A stretch of 64,000 nt of DNA from an uncultured Gemmatimonadales bacterium (GCA_963730185.1 CAVSQW010000009.1:320001-384000); one strand, 5' to 3'. Positions 16,377-26,241 are shown, counted from the stretch's first letter. Numbers and translations are program-made. The notes: a model not told the origin generated them from the letters alone.

Positions 16377-17278
16377 CGGATCCCTCCACTCGGGACCACA
16401 CTCAGAATCGCGGCGGCCACCTCGGCGGGACGATCCTCCTGGAGGAAGTGTCCGGCCTCGTGAATGGTCACGTGCGGCTGGCCCCGGGCCCCGGGAATCC
16501 GCTGCTGGAAGATCCGCTCGACGCCCGCCGTGATCGGGTCTCCGTCGCTGAAGGCGGTGACGAAGGGACGGGTCCACCGCTCCAGCTCCGCCCAAGCGCG
16601 GCGGTTGGCCGGCGCCGCGGGGTCGTCGGGCGTGGTCGGCACCAGCGCGGGGAAGACTCGGGCACCGGCTTTGGATGGTTCGTCGGGGAAGGGGGCGTCG
16701 TAGGCGGCTACCTCCCGGTCGGTCAGCGTCCGCACGGTTCCTCCCTGGACGATCCGGCCGATCCGGAGCTCGGCGACGGATTGGGAGTATCGCTGCCACT
16801 CCTGGAACGCCGGCGGCATCGGGACCGATCCGTCGGGCAGGGCCGTGTTGGCGGCCACCAGGGCGGCGAACCGGTCGGGCGCCTCGGCGACGACGCGAAG
16901 TCCGATCAAGCCGCCCCAGTCCTGACCGAAGAGGGTGATCCGATCGAGGTCGAGGGTCCCGAGGATCCGGTGCAGGACGTCCACGTGGAGCGCGTAGGAG
17001 TAGTCGGCCACCCGGGTGGGCTTGTCGGAGCGGCCGAAGCCGAGGAAGTCGGGGGCCACGGTCCGGCATCCGGCCGCCGTGAGGGTCGGAATCACCCGCC
17101 GGTAGAGGAAGGACCAGGTCGGCTCCCCGTGGAGCAGGAGCACGACCGGTCCGTCCCGGGGACCCTCGTCGAGGTAGTGGATCCGAGCGTCACGCACCGT
17201 CAGGTAGCGGGGCGGGAACGGAAAGTCCGGCAGGTCGGCGAACCGGTCGTCCGGGGTCCGAAACAGGGGCCCGGTCAT
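16373..17278 (-). CDS. haloalkane dehalogenase (alpha/beta hydrolase, DhlA/DhmA-like)
   Basis: LLHGEPTWSFLYR, GFGRSDKP, nucleophile elbow GQDWGG, AYDAPFPD, FSDGDPIT, AGHFLQED. Confidence 0.9.
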   Translation of the reverse strand: MTGPLFRTPDDRFADLPDFPFPPRYLTVRDARIHYLDEGPRDGPVVLLLHGEPTWSFLYRRVIPTLTAAGCRTVAPDFLGFGRSDKPTRVADYSYALHVDVLHRILGTLDLDRITLFGQDWGGLIGLRVVAEAPDRFAALVAANTALPDGSVPMPPAFQEWQRYSQSVAELRIGRIVQGGTVRTLTDREVAAYDAPFPDEPSKAGARVFPALVPTTPDDPAAPANRRAWAELERWTRPFVTAFSDGDPITAGVERIFQQRIPGARGQPHVTIHEAGHFLQEDRPAEVAAAILSVVPSGGIR

Positions 17279-17751
17279 CGGTCTTGCCGGGTCGCGGCCG
17301 GCGCCCCCCGAGCCCAGGCGATGTAGTCCGTGGGCTCGGGCGCGAAGCCGGCCTCGCGCAGTCCGGTCGCGATCTGGCCTCGATGATAGGCGCCGTGGAG
17401 GGCGACGTGGAGCAGGATGTCCTCGATGGTCGAGGTGAACTCCTGACCCGCGCTATTCTTGTAGGTGACCCCGCGGGCGAGGTCGTCCGGGCCGAGACCG
17501 GCGACGAACGCGGTGAGGCGGGCCAGGTTCTCGGCGCCGAGGCGGCGGCAGTCCGCCAGGCTGAGCTCCGGCCACACCGCCACCTGGGCCGGCTGCCCGA
17601 CCAGCCGGGCCTGCCAGATATGCTCGGCGCCGAGCACGTGGGCGTAGCGCTCGAGGATCCGGGGTGGGAGGGGCGCCGCCCGCTCCAGCGCCTCCTGGAC
17701 CTTCCGGTCCGCCCAGCCGAGATGAACCATCAACCGCTCGAGATGAGTCAT
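17275..17751 (-). CDS. DinB family protein
   Basis: MTHLERLMVHLGWAD...HVLGAEHIW..R...YKNSAG...DILLHVALHGAYHRGQI; AAGGAG SD 7 nt upstream of ATG 17751. Confidence 0.85.
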   Translation of the reverse strand: MTHLERLMVHLGWADRKVQEALERAAPLPPRILERYAHVLGAEHIWQARLVGQPAQVAVWPELSLADCRRLGAENLARLTAFVAGLGPDDLARGVTYKNSAGQEFTSTIEDILLHVALHGAYHRGQIATGLREAGFAPEPTDYIAWARGAPAATRQDR

Positions 17752-18565
17752 GCCGCATCTCCTTCGGATTCGTCGCAAGGGAAGCGCGCCCGAGCCAGGG
17801 GCACCCTTCCCGTTTTCGGTGCCCGCCGTCCGGTCGGCGGCGGTTCTCGAATTTACCGCGCCGGTCACCTTCTTCGTGGGCGAGAATGGATCCGGCAAGT
17901 CTACGATGCTGGAGGCGATTGCGCTGGCGGCCGGCCTCCCGGCGGTCGGCAGCGCGGATCTCGGCCGCGACCAGACCTTGGCGGCGCAACGCGACCTGGC
18001 CCGGGCGTACCGGCTCGAGTGGTCGAAGCGGACCCACCGAGGCTTCTTCCTCCGGGCCGAGGACTTCTTCGGGTTCCAGCGCCGGTTGGCGCGGGAGCGC
18101 CTCGAGCTCGAGCAGCGGGTCGCGGAGGTGGACGCCGGGTACGAGGGGCGCTCGGACTGGGCTCGCACGCTCGCCAAGGGGCCGGCCCGGGCGTCGCTGG
18201 CCGAGATGGAACAGCGCTACGGGCGCGACCCGGACGCGCGCTCGCACGGGGAGGCGTTCCTCGCGCTCTTTGCCTCGCGCTTCGTACCGGGTGGGCTCTA
18301 CCTGCTGGACGAGCCCGAGGCCCCGCTCTCGCCCCAGAACCAGCTCGGGCTGGTGGCGATGCTGATGGAGATGGTGGGGCGGAACGCGCAGTTCGTGATC
18401 GCGACGCACTCGCCGATCGTGCTCGGGGTGCCGGACGCCGAAATCCTGAGCTTTGACGGAGGCCGGGTCGACGCGGTGGCGTACGACGACACGGCGCACG
18501 TCCGCCTGACCCGGGATTTTCTCAACCAGCGGGAGCGCTACCTCCGGCAGCTCCTGGCCGAGTGA
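17750..18565 (+). CDS. predicted ATPase (COG3910-like, ABC/AAA type)
   Basis: Walker A GENGSGKST, GFFLRAE, signature SHGEAF, Walker B YLLDEPE, IATHSP. Confidence 0.9.
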   Translation: MPHLLRIRRKGSAPEPGAPFPFSVPAVRSAAVLEFTAPVTFFVGENGSGKSTMLEAIALAAGLPAVGSADLGRDQTLAAQRDLARAYRLEWSKRTHRGFFLRAEDFFGFQRRLARERLELEQRVAEVDAGYEGRSDWARTLAKGPARASLAEMEQRYGRDPDARSHGEAFLALFASRFVPGGLYLLDEPEAPLSPQNQLGLVAMLMEMVGRNAQFVIATHSPIVLGVPDAEILSFDGGRVDAVAYDDTAHVRLTRDFLNQRERYLRQLLAE

Positions 18566-18577
18566 GTCGGCCCGCCC

Positions 18578-19945
18578 TCAGGCGGCGGGCGAGAAGTTGG
18601 GAAGATCGGGCGGCCGCTCGGGCGAAAGCCCACCGCCGTACTTGCAGGCGTTCCGGAACCGCTCGTCGGCCTGCCCGCAGAGACGGGCCCGCCTGGTCAT
18701 GTCGGTGTGGAGCACGGACATTTCCTCGCCGACCGCGACGTAGCAGGCCGTGCCGATCACCTGGTCGCTGACCTTGGCGCAGAAATCGAGGCCGTCCTGC
18801 GGGTCGGAGGTGACGTCGACGAAGTTCTTGACCACGCCGACGAAGCACCAGGGCCGCCACTTGGGGTTCCCCTCCATACAGTGCGCGATCGACTGGTCGG
18901 CGTTCCGAACCGTGACGCCGCTGAGGTACGTGCCGATACCCTGATAGCAGGCCGGCCGCATCGCGAGCGGCGCCTGGTCGCAGGCTCCCGCGATCTTCCC
19001 CCAGTCGGCACCGAGAATCTCGTAGATGATCCCGGCCTGCATTCCATAGCACGAGCGCTGGTAACGATCGGCCAGGGCGGTGCAGGGGTAGAGCGGATCG
19101 TTCTTGTCCCGGAAGGGGAAGCTGTCGGCTCCGGCCGTCATCCCGGCCATTTCGTGGCCGCCGTGGTTCGGGGCGGCGTGGCCGGCGTCGTGCTCCGGGT
19201 CGCCCTGTTCCTCGCTCCGGGCCATGGCGTCCATGTGGGGATGATGCTCCTGTCCCCGTCCCTCGAGGATGAACTCCATGAAGGTGCCGCCGTAGCAGGA
19301 CTCCTCGTCCCAGGCGTTGGGCAGCCAGTCGCACCCTTCGAGCGCGTGCCGCAGGTGGTGGGTGATGGCCTGGAGGCCGTGCCCGAGACCGTGCACGCAC
19401 TGGAACCGGAGCCAGAGGCTGAAGGAGTTGGGTTCCTGGACCTTGTCGCAGAGCGAGGTGATGACGGTGCTGTCGGCGCCGTTGGCGGCCATGTAGGCCT
19501 GAATCACGCCGTGGAAGCAGCCCGACTGGAAGAGACCGGTGCAGGAGTTGTAGATGGCGCGGAGGTCCATGCCCGGCTGCCAGGAGTTGATCCCCACGAC
19601 GTGCACGAAGTCGTGGCCCCGCGCGGCGATCGTGTGATCGATCGTGCTCAGGTCCGCCAGCGAGGCCATGGCGAACCGGGTCTGGTGACGGCTCACCATC
19701 GTCATCAGGATGTCTTCGTAGCAGCTGCGACGGCTCCGACCCGCGAGCAGCCGGCAGCGATTATGCATGAATTCCGCCATGACGGTGGAGTCGCGGCTGG
19801 CCATCGGAGCGTCGATCAGCTCGGCGAGCGGCTTGGGCGTGGTCCCCGGGACGACCACCCCGCGGGAGCAGGCATACATCGCGCCGGCACCCGCCAGGAG
19901 CACCACCGCCACCACGATCAGAGCGAGCCGCTTGAGCATCGTCAC
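18578..19945 (-). CDS. exported Cys/His-rich helical repeat protein
   Basis: N-terminal hydrophobic signal/anchor; repeated C...C(Y/F/V)xG units (GCFHGVI, QCVHGLGHGL, SCYGGTFME, ACYQGIG) and a His/Met-rich insert. Confidence 0.8.
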   Translation of the reverse strand: MTMLKRLALIVVAVVLLAGAGAMYACSRGVVVPGTTPKPLAELIDAPMASRDSTVMAEFMHNRCRLLAGRSRRSCYEDILMTMVSRHQTRFAMASLADLSTIDHTIAARGHDFVHVVGINSWQPGMDLRAIYNSCTGLFQSGCFHGVIQAYMAANGADSTVITSLCDKVQEPNSFSLWLRFQCVHGLGHGLQAITHHLRHALEGCDWLPNAWDEESCYGGTFMEFILEGRGQEHHPHMDAMARSEEQGDPEHDAGHAAPNHGGHEMAGMTAGADSFPFRDKNDPLYPCTALADRYQRSCYGMQAGIIYEILGADWGKIAGACDQAPLAMRPACYQGIGTYLSGVTVRNADQSIAHCMEGNPKWRPWCFVGVVKNFVDVTSDPQDGLDFCAKVSDQVIGTACYVAVGEEMSVLHTDMTRRARLCGQADERFRNACKYGGGLSPERPPDLPNFSPAA

Positions 19946-20092
19946 TGCACCATCGGGAAGGGACCCCGGTAAGATACTCGGCCCCGGGCGATCGCCCAGC
20001 CCGCGCCGGAGCCGGCCCCAGGGCCGGTTACGCCAGACCGATCGTGGCCACGAAGGTCACGACCGGTCGGCTGGAGTCGGTCGAGGCCGCGA

Positions 20093-20374
20093 TCAGCGCT
20101 TGGGCGGACGTCCGTAGCGCTGAATGTGCTTGAGCCACGCCACGGCCTTCTCGAACGCTTTCTTCTTGCCGCCGTTGCTCGCGTCGCCGAAGAAGGCGGT
20201 GAACTTGGGCCGGGTGCCGCGGGGCGTGGGACGGTATCCGAACCGGCAGAACCACCCGAAGGTCCGCGTGCTCGGCTGATCGATCCGCGAGACGCCAGGG
20301 ACCTTGGACCCGGTGCGCCGCCGGGTGGTCGTCTTCCGGGTGCGGGGTCGAGTCGTGGTTCGACGAGTGGCCAT
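20093..20374 (-). CDS. small basic AP2-like DNA-binding protein
   Basis: MATRRTTTRPRTRKTTTRRR tail followed by GVSRID...GWFCR...FFGDASNGGKKKAFEKAVAW, matching the three-strand-plus-helix AP2 pattern; start ATG at 20374. Confidence 0.7.
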   Translation of the reverse strand: MATRRTTTRPRTRKTTTRRRTGSKVPGVSRIDQPSTRTFGWFCRFGYRPTPRGTRPKFTAFFGDASNGGKKKAFEKAVAWLKHIQRYGRPPKR

Positions 20375-20418
20375 GTCGCGTGCGCCTGAAGCCCTGGTGA
20401 GAGATGACGAGGGGTGTG

Positions 20419-20455
20419 TGCGCCCTATTATGCGCCCTGATTCCGGATTGCGGAA
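20419..20455 (-). promoter_or_regulatory. candidate sigma70-type promoter of the AP2-like gene, with a direct repeat around the -10 box
   Basis: Minus strand TTCCGC-17 nt-CATAAT; AGGGCGCA occurs twice (20419-20426 and 20431-20438). Confidence 0.35.
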
Positions 20456-20510
20456 GGGGGGCGCTTTCACCTCGGTCGAGATGAGGACTTGCGGAAATTC
20501 CTAACGCTGG

Positions 20511-21392
20511 TCAGCGGAGCGCGGCGGGATCCGGGCTCGGCGCCGACGGGGTCGGGGGCTCGGGCCGATCGGTTCGAATCCGCTCGGAGAAATCGGGGTC
20601 GCCGAGCGCGGCCCGGGCTCGTTCGGTGATCCGGTAGCGAGCCCGGGCGGCGTCGACACTCCGAGCGCCGTCGATCAGGCCGAGGCCCGCGGCCACCTCG
20701 TCGACGTAGCCGGGGAGGAGGAGCCGCGGGCCCACGGGGATCCGGCCGGGCACCACCCGGTTTACGTGGCGGACCAGGTTCGAGGTGCAGTTGTCGGTCA
20801 GGGTGTTGTAGAACTCGGGGCGAAGGCGCAGGGTCTCGGCCCGCTCGAGCATGTCGATCAAGACGTCGCGGATCCGCTCCCGCGGGGCCACGATCGGGTA
20901 GAGATAGACGTCGAACTCGCCGACCGCCCGCCGCCCGATCAAGTCGCGCTCGTCGCCGAGCACGTACATCAGCTCGAAGTTGCGGGCCAGGCCCCGAAGG
21001 AGCCCGTAGGTCTCGTCCCGCTCCCGGCGGGCCTCGATCGAAATCGCCAGATAGGTGGAATCGTCGAAGCCGAAGCTCACGAACGCGTGGGCCGGCCCCC
21101 GCCAGGCGTGGGAGAAGGGTGCCAGAACCAGCCAGGCGGTGGCCACCTGGCGCAGGTCCCAGGTGCGCTCGGTCCAGGCCGGATCGAAGTCCGTCTCCGA
21201 GCGGTAGCGGAAGGCGCGGAGGTTGGCGACGTGCACCTTCGGACCGTCGAAGCTGATCTCCGGCATTTTCGACTGATCGACGGCCCAGTCGCGGTCGGTC
21301 GTGGGCTGCCGGGTGAGCAGGACGATCGCCAGGGTGGCGACCGCCGTCGTCAGAAGCCAGAGCACGAGTCGGACGGTCGCCGGCCGGGGCAT
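20511..21392 (-). CDS. DUF4105 / Lnb-like domain protein
   Basis: N-terminal TM; AHAFVSFGF, ISIEARRE, ERDLI and FYNTLTDNCTSN motifs. Confidence 0.85.
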   Translation of the reverse strand: MPRPATVRLVLWLLTTAVATLAIVLLTRQPTTDRDWAVDQSKMPEISFDGPKVHVANLRAFRYRSETDFDPAWTERTWDLRQVATAWLVLAPFSHAWRGPAHAFVSFGFDDSTYLAISIEARRERDETYGLLRGLARNFELMYVLGDERDLIGRRAVGEFDVYLYPIVAPRERIRDVLIDMLERAETLRLRPEFYNTLTDNCTSNLVRHVNRVVPGRIPVGPRLLLPGYVDEVAAGLGLIDGARSVDAARARYRITERARAALGDPDFSERIRTDRPEPPTPSAPSPDPAALR

Positions 21393-21394
21393 GC

Positions 21395-24300
21395 CTAACG
21401 ACCGCTCCCGAGCGGCGCCAAGCCCGCGGCCCGGAGCCGGGCGTCGAGCCGGGCCAAGGGCCCCTCCCGGAAGCGACGCCAGGCGGCCTCGAGGCCGGCG
21501 AGGGCCCGGTCCCGCTCCGCGATCGCCGCGACCGCCTGGCTGGTCGGAGCCCGATCGGCGCCTTCCAGAATGTCGTAGAGCCGCAGCAGCTGGGCGCTGA
21601 GGCCTCCGGCGCTCCCCTCGAGGGTCGCCGCGCCGGCCTCCACCGAGTCGATGGCCCGCGCCAGCGGGGCCGGCGCCTCGACCCGGCGGGCCCGAAGACT
21701 GTCCCGCAGGGTCCGGAGCCGAGCGAGCGCGTCGTTGGCTCGCCCGACGCCCGCCACCATTCGCCGGGACAGCACGAGCTGCCGGCGGAGGTCCGCCATC
21801 GCCGTCCGGACCCGGGGATCCATCCGCACGGTGAGCGGCTGGGTGAGTGAGCGTCCGTCGGCGGTCAACCGGACCTGGTAGCGGCCGGGGAGCACCCAGG
21901 GTCCGCGAGGAACCCGCGGCGTGTCACCGGGGACGGCGGCGATCGGATAGCCGACGTGGGCGACCGGCGGTGGCGGATAGCGGAGGTCCCAGACGAAGCG
22001 GTGCATCCCCGGTTCGGTCGACGGGACCCGAACCGGGCGGATCCAGAGCGCGGGGACGTTGCCTTCGTCCCTGATCGGTGGCACCGAGTCGTCGCTGGCG
22101 TAGCGGCGGACGACCGCGCCGGTCGAGTCGAGGATCTCGAGCACGACCGGCGTTCCGGCCGGCCGGCCCAGCCAGTAGTTCAGGATGGCGCCGTCGGGCG
22201 GATTGGGGCTCCGGGGCTCGTCGGGAGGGAGCGGCGTGTCGGTGTTGGTGTTCCAGCGGACCCGGGTGGCCTTCTCGGGACGAAAGAGCGCGGCCGGCCG
22301 CTCGGCCGTGGCCGCCGTGATCTGGCGGAGCGGGGTGAGGTCGTCGAGGATCCAGAACCCGCGACCGTGGGTGCCGATGACCAGGTCGTCGTCTTTGACG
22401 ATCAGGTCGCGGATCGAGGTCGCCGGCAGGTTGAGCCGGAGCGACTGCCAGTGGTCGCCGTCGTCGAACGACACGGAGACCGTCCGCTCGGTGCCCGCGA
22501 AGAGCAGGCCCCGCCGCCTCGGGTCCTCACGGACCGTGTTGACCGGGGCGTCGTCGGGGAGGCCGGCCGTGATCTCGGTCCAGGACCGGCCGCCGTCCTG
22601 GGTCCGGAGAATGTGGGGTCGGAGATCGTCGAGGCGGAGGGTATTGATCGCGGCATAGGCCGTGAGGGTGTCGAAATGCGAGGCGTCGATGATCGAGACC
22701 TTGGCCCAGGGCCCGAGTGCCGGCGGGGTCACGTTCCGCCAGCGCCGGCCGCCGTCGAAGGTGACCTGGATCAGACCGTCGTCCGTGCCGGCCCAGAGGA
22801 TCCGCTCGGCGATCGGGCTCGGCGCCAGGGTGTAGACGACGCCGGGGTGCCGGGCGGTGGCCTCGTCGCGGCTGCCGTAGGGGGCCACGTTAGGCGGGAT
22901 GCGCGAATCGGTGCGGGTCAGGTCGGGACTGATCGTGGTCCAGTGGCGGCCCCCGTCGAGCGTCTTCCAGACCCGGTTGGCACCGAAGTAGAGCGCCCGG
23001 GGATTCACCGGCGAGTAGAGCAGCGGCGCGGTCCGGACCATCCGGTAGTCGGCCGAGCGGAACGGGAGCGGAGCGACGTCCTGGGTCTGACCGGTGCGCC
23101 GGTCGTACCGGGTGACCTTGCCGCCGTAGACGAGGTCCGGGTCGAGCGGGTCGGGCGCGACGTAGCCGTACTCCTCCACCCCCACCGGATGCCACTCGCG
23201 AAAGGTGATCTGGCCGTCGTTCCCCCGGCTGGCGACGCAGGCGGAGCCGCTCTCCTGCTGGCCGCCGCAGACCCGATAGGGAAAGGCGTTATCGGCGCTC
23301 ACGTGGTAGAACTGCGCCGTCGGCTGGTTGTACCAGGAGCTCCAGCTCTCGCCCCCGTTGACGGTGATGATCACGCCCTGGTCCGCCGCGATCAGGATGA
23401 TCTTGGGGTTCTCGGGGTTGATCCAGATCCGGTGGTAGTCGTCGCCGCCCGGCGCGCCCCGGAAGGCGGCGAAGGTCTTGCCCCCGTCGACCGACTTCCA
23501 GGTGACCACGCTCCCGGTGTAGACCACGTCCGGGTTGGTCGGGTCGACCTTCACCTCGGCGAAGTCCGACGGTCGGCCGACCACCCGCAGGTCGGCAGTA
23601 ACCCGGTACCAGCTCTCGCCCGCGTCGTCCGAGCGGAAGAGCCAGCCGGCGCCGTTGACCTCGACGCTGGCGTAGAGGCGGTTCGGATCGCTGGGCGCGA
23701 CCGTGATCCCGATCCGTCCCAACCCGTCGTCGAAGGTGGGGAGCCCCCGGGTGAGCTGGCGCCAGGTGGCGCCGCCGTCGGTGGACTTGTAGAGCCCGCT
23801 GCCGGGACCGTAGAAGAAGCCATTCTCCCAGGGCGCCTGACGGGCTTCCCAGAGCACCGCGTAGACGATCTCGGGATTCTTCGGGTCGAGCACCACGTCG
23901 ACCGCCCCGGTGTTCTCGTCCCGAGATAGTACCCGGCGGAAGGTCTCGGCGCCGTCGGTCGAGAGGTAGAGACCGCGCTCTTCGTTGGGGCCGTAGGGAT
24001 GACCCATCACCGCCACGAAGAGCCGGTTCGGGTCGTGCGGGTCGATCGCGATCTGCGGGATCTGCTGCCCGTCCCGGAGACCCAGATGGCGCCAGGTCTT
24101 CCCGCCGTCGGCGCTCTTGTAGATCCCGTTGCCGGTGGAGAGGTCGGGCCGCTGGAGCCCCTCGCCGCTCCCGACGTAGATCACCTCGGGGTCGGACGGC
24201 GCGATGGCCAGGGCGCCAACCGAGCCGGTCGGTTGGTCGTCGAAGATCGGTGTCCAGGTGCGGCCGTAGTCGGTGGTCTTCCAGACGCCGCCGTTGACCA

Positions 24301-24499
24301 CGCCCACGTAGAACTCGTTCGGCCGGCCGGGCACGCCCGAGGCGGCCTTGGTCCGCCCGCCGCGGAACGGACCGATGTTGCGCCAGTGGAGATCCTGGTA
24401 GAGGCGGGGATCGAGCTGCTGCGCGGCGAGCGGCCGGCCGACGGCGAGCGACGCCGTGGCAGCCACGGCCGCGAGAAGGAAGCGAGTAGGCACAAGCAT
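21395..24499 (-). CDS. secreted VPS10/sortilin-like (BNR repeat) glycoside hydrolase-like protein, paralog of 370-3519
   Basis: Signal peptide, WRNIGPFRGGR, Asp-box repeats, THGRGFWILDD; 1034 aa. Confidence 0.9.
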   Translation of the reverse strand: MLVPTRFLLAAVAATASLAVGRPLAAQQLDPRLYQDLHWRNIGPFRGGRTKAASGVPGRPNEFYVGVVNGGVWKTTDYGRTWTPIFDDQPTGSVGALAIAPSDPEVIYVGSGEGLQRPDLSTGNGIYKSADGGKTWRHLGLRDGQQIPQIAIDPHDPNRLFVAVMGHPYGPNEERGLYLSTDGAETFRRVLSRDENTGAVDVVLDPKNPEIVYAVLWEARQAPWENGFFYGPGSGLYKSTDGGATWRQLTRGLPTFDDGLGRIGITVAPSDPNRLYASVEVNGAGWLFRSDDAGESWYRVTADLRVVGRPSDFAEVKVDPTNPDVVYTGSVVTWKSVDGGKTFAAFRGAPGGDDYHRIWINPENPKIILIAADQGVIITVNGGESWSSWYNQPTAQFYHVSADNAFPYRVCGGQQESGSACVASRGNDGQITFREWHPVGVEEYGYVAPDPLDPDLVYGGKVTRYDRRTGQTQDVAPLPFRSADYRMVRTAPLLYSPVNPRALYFGANRVWKTLDGGRHWTTISPDLTRTDSRIPPNVAPYGSRDEATARHPGVVYTLAPSPIAERILWAGTDDGLIQVTFDGGRRWRNVTPPALGPWAKVSIIDASHFDTLTAYAAINTLRLDDLRPHILRTQDGGRSWTEITAGLPDDAPVNTVREDPRRRGLLFAGTERTVSVSFDDGDHWQSLRLNLPATSIRDLIVKDDDLVIGTHGRGFWILDDLTPLRQITAATAERPAALFRPEKATRVRWNTNTDTPLPPDEPRSPNPPDGAILNYWLGRPAGTPVVLEILDSTGAVVRRYASDDSVPPIRDEGNVPALWIRPVRVPSTEPGMHRFVWDLRYPPPPVAHVGYPIAAVPGDTPRVPRGPWVLPGRYQVRLTADGRSLTQPLTVRMDPRVRTAMADLRRQLVLSRRMVAGVGRANDALARLRTLRDSLRARRVEAPAPLARAIDSVEAGAATLEGSAGGLSAQLLRLYDILEGADRAPTSQAVAAIAERDRALAGLEAAWRRFREGPLARLDARLRAAGLAPLGSGR

Positions 24500-24687
24500 C
24501 CTGGGCTGAGACGTGCTCGAATCTACCGGGACTTTGGCGGCGTTCGCAGGGATCGGTCTCGACCCGCGTCGGTCCGGGAGGTGGGCCCGCCGGCCGGCGC
24601 CGGACCGGGCCAGCTCGGTTGACCCGGTTTCCGGGCGACGGCACCTTTGAGCCGCGACGTTCTCCCCCCGCTTCTCGAGGCAGCTCC

Positions 24688-26241
24688 ATGGGTACGACAG
24701 TCTTCGCGCGCCGGTTGGCGACGGTTACGGTGCTCCTGGCCGGCCTGGCCATCCGCCCGCTCCCGGGGCAGGAGCCGGCCGCCGCGGCCATCGCCCGGCT
24801 CAAGACCGAGGCGTTCCAGCGGAGTCAGGTGATGGATCTGACCAGCTGGCTCACCGACGTGCACGGACCGCGGCTCACCGGCTCGCCGATCACCAAGGCC
24901 GCGGGCGAGTGGGCGGTCGAGACGCTCCGGAGCTGGGGCCTCCGGCACGTGGGCTTCGAGTGGTGGGGACCGTTCGGACGAGGGTGGGTCAACGAGAAGT
25001 TCTACGCCCAAGTCACCGCCCCGGTCCCGTTTCCGGTGATCGGCTATCCCAACGCCTGGACGGTGGGAACCGACTCGCTCGTCAAGGCCAGCTTCGTGAT
25101 CATCGACATCTCGAAGCTGACAGTGGACAGCCTGGCGCGCTGGAAGGGCAAGCTTCGCGGCCAGTTCGTGCTGGCCCGGCCGGAGCCCGAGGTCGAGCCG
25201 ATCTTCGTGGCGCCCGGCCGGCGGCTCACGGAGAGCGTGCTCGACAGTCTGGCGGCGCTCGATGCCAATCCGCCCCGAACGAGCCGAGGCCGCTCGGAGT
25301 CACCTCCGAGGAGCGATCAGGGTCGGGTGCTCGACCAGTTCGAGCTGATGCCGTTCTGGGTGGACGAGGGCGTCGCCGCGTTGCTCTTCCCCGCTCGGGG
25401 GAGCGGGGGGACCGTGTTTCCGGTGGGCGTTGGGAGCCGGGCCGTCGACCCGGCTCCCTCGGTTCCGGAGCTCTCCCTGGCGGTCGAGCACTACGGCCGG
25501 ATCTACCGCATGGTGGAGAAGGGGATCCCGGTCGAGATGGAGCTCGACGTCCGAAACCGTTTTTCCAGCGACGACCTTCGCTCCTTCAATATCGTGGCCG
25601 AGATCCCGGGGACCGACCAGCCGGACGAGCTGGTGATGCTCGGCGCCCACTTCGACAGCTGGCACACCGCGACCGGCGCCACCGACAACGCGGCCGGGTC
25701 GGCGGTGATGATGGAGGCGATGCGGATCCTCAAGGCCAGCGGGGTGTCGCTCCGCCGCACCGTGCGGTTGGCGCTCTGGACCGGGGAGGAGGAGGGGCTG
25801 CTCGGATCGCGGGAGTACGTTCGCGCCCACTTCGGCGACCCCCGGACCGGCCAGGTCGCCTCCGAGCAGGCCAAGGTCTCGGCCTATTACAACGTCGACA
25901 ACGGCACCGGAGCGATTCGGGGGATCTACCTCCAGGGCAACGCCGCCGTAGACTCGATCTTCAAGGCGTGGATGAAGTACGTCGACTCCGACAGCATCTC
26001 GGTCCGCCACACCACCCTTCGAGGGACCGGGGGCACCGATCACCTCGCCTTCGACGCAGTCGGAATCCCCGGTTTCCAGTTCATCCAGGATCCGATCGAG
26101 TACGCCACCCGCACCCACCACTCGAACATGGATCTCTACGAGCGGATCCAGCCCACCGACATGCGACACAACGCGCTGGTCGTGGCGGTGTTCGTCTACC
26201 TGACGGCGAACCGGGAGGAGCTGTTGCCCAGGAAGGGGTGA
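24688..26241 (+). CDS. M28 family metallopeptidase (carboxypeptidase Q-like), exported
   Basis: LTDVHGPRLTGS, GAHFDSW, GATDNAAG, GEEEGLLGS, NVDNG, GTDH, THH..D zinc-ligand motifs; signal peptide from ATG 24688. Confidence 0.9.
   Translation: MGTTVFARRLATVTVLLAGLAIRPLPGQEPAAAAIARLKTEAFQRSQVMDLTSWLTDVHGPRLTGSPITKAAGEWAVETLRSWGLRHVGFEWWGPFGRGWVNEKFYAQVTAPVPFPVIGYPNAWTVGTDSLVKASFVIIDISKLTVDSLARWKGKLRGQFVLARPEPEVEPIFVAPGRRLTESVLDSLAALDANPPRTSRGRSESPPRSDQGRVLDQFELMPFWVDEGVAALLFPARGSGGTVFPVGVGSRAVDPAPSVPELSLAVEHYGRIYRMVEKGIPVEMELDVRNRFSSDDLRSFNIVAEIPGTDQPDELVMLGAHFDSWHTATGATDNAAGSAVMMEAMRILKASGVSLRRTVRLALWTGEEEGLLGSREYVRAHFGDPRTGQVASEQAKVSAYYNVDNGTGAIRGIYLQGNAAVDSIFKAWMKYVDSDSISVRHTTLRGTGGTDHLAFDAVGIPGFQFIQDPIEYATRTHHSNMDLYERIQPTDMRHNALVVAVFVYLTANREELLPRKG

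Noticed and set aside
18578..19945. Multiheme cytochrome c
   Set aside because: There are no CxxCH motifs despite the many Cys and His residues.
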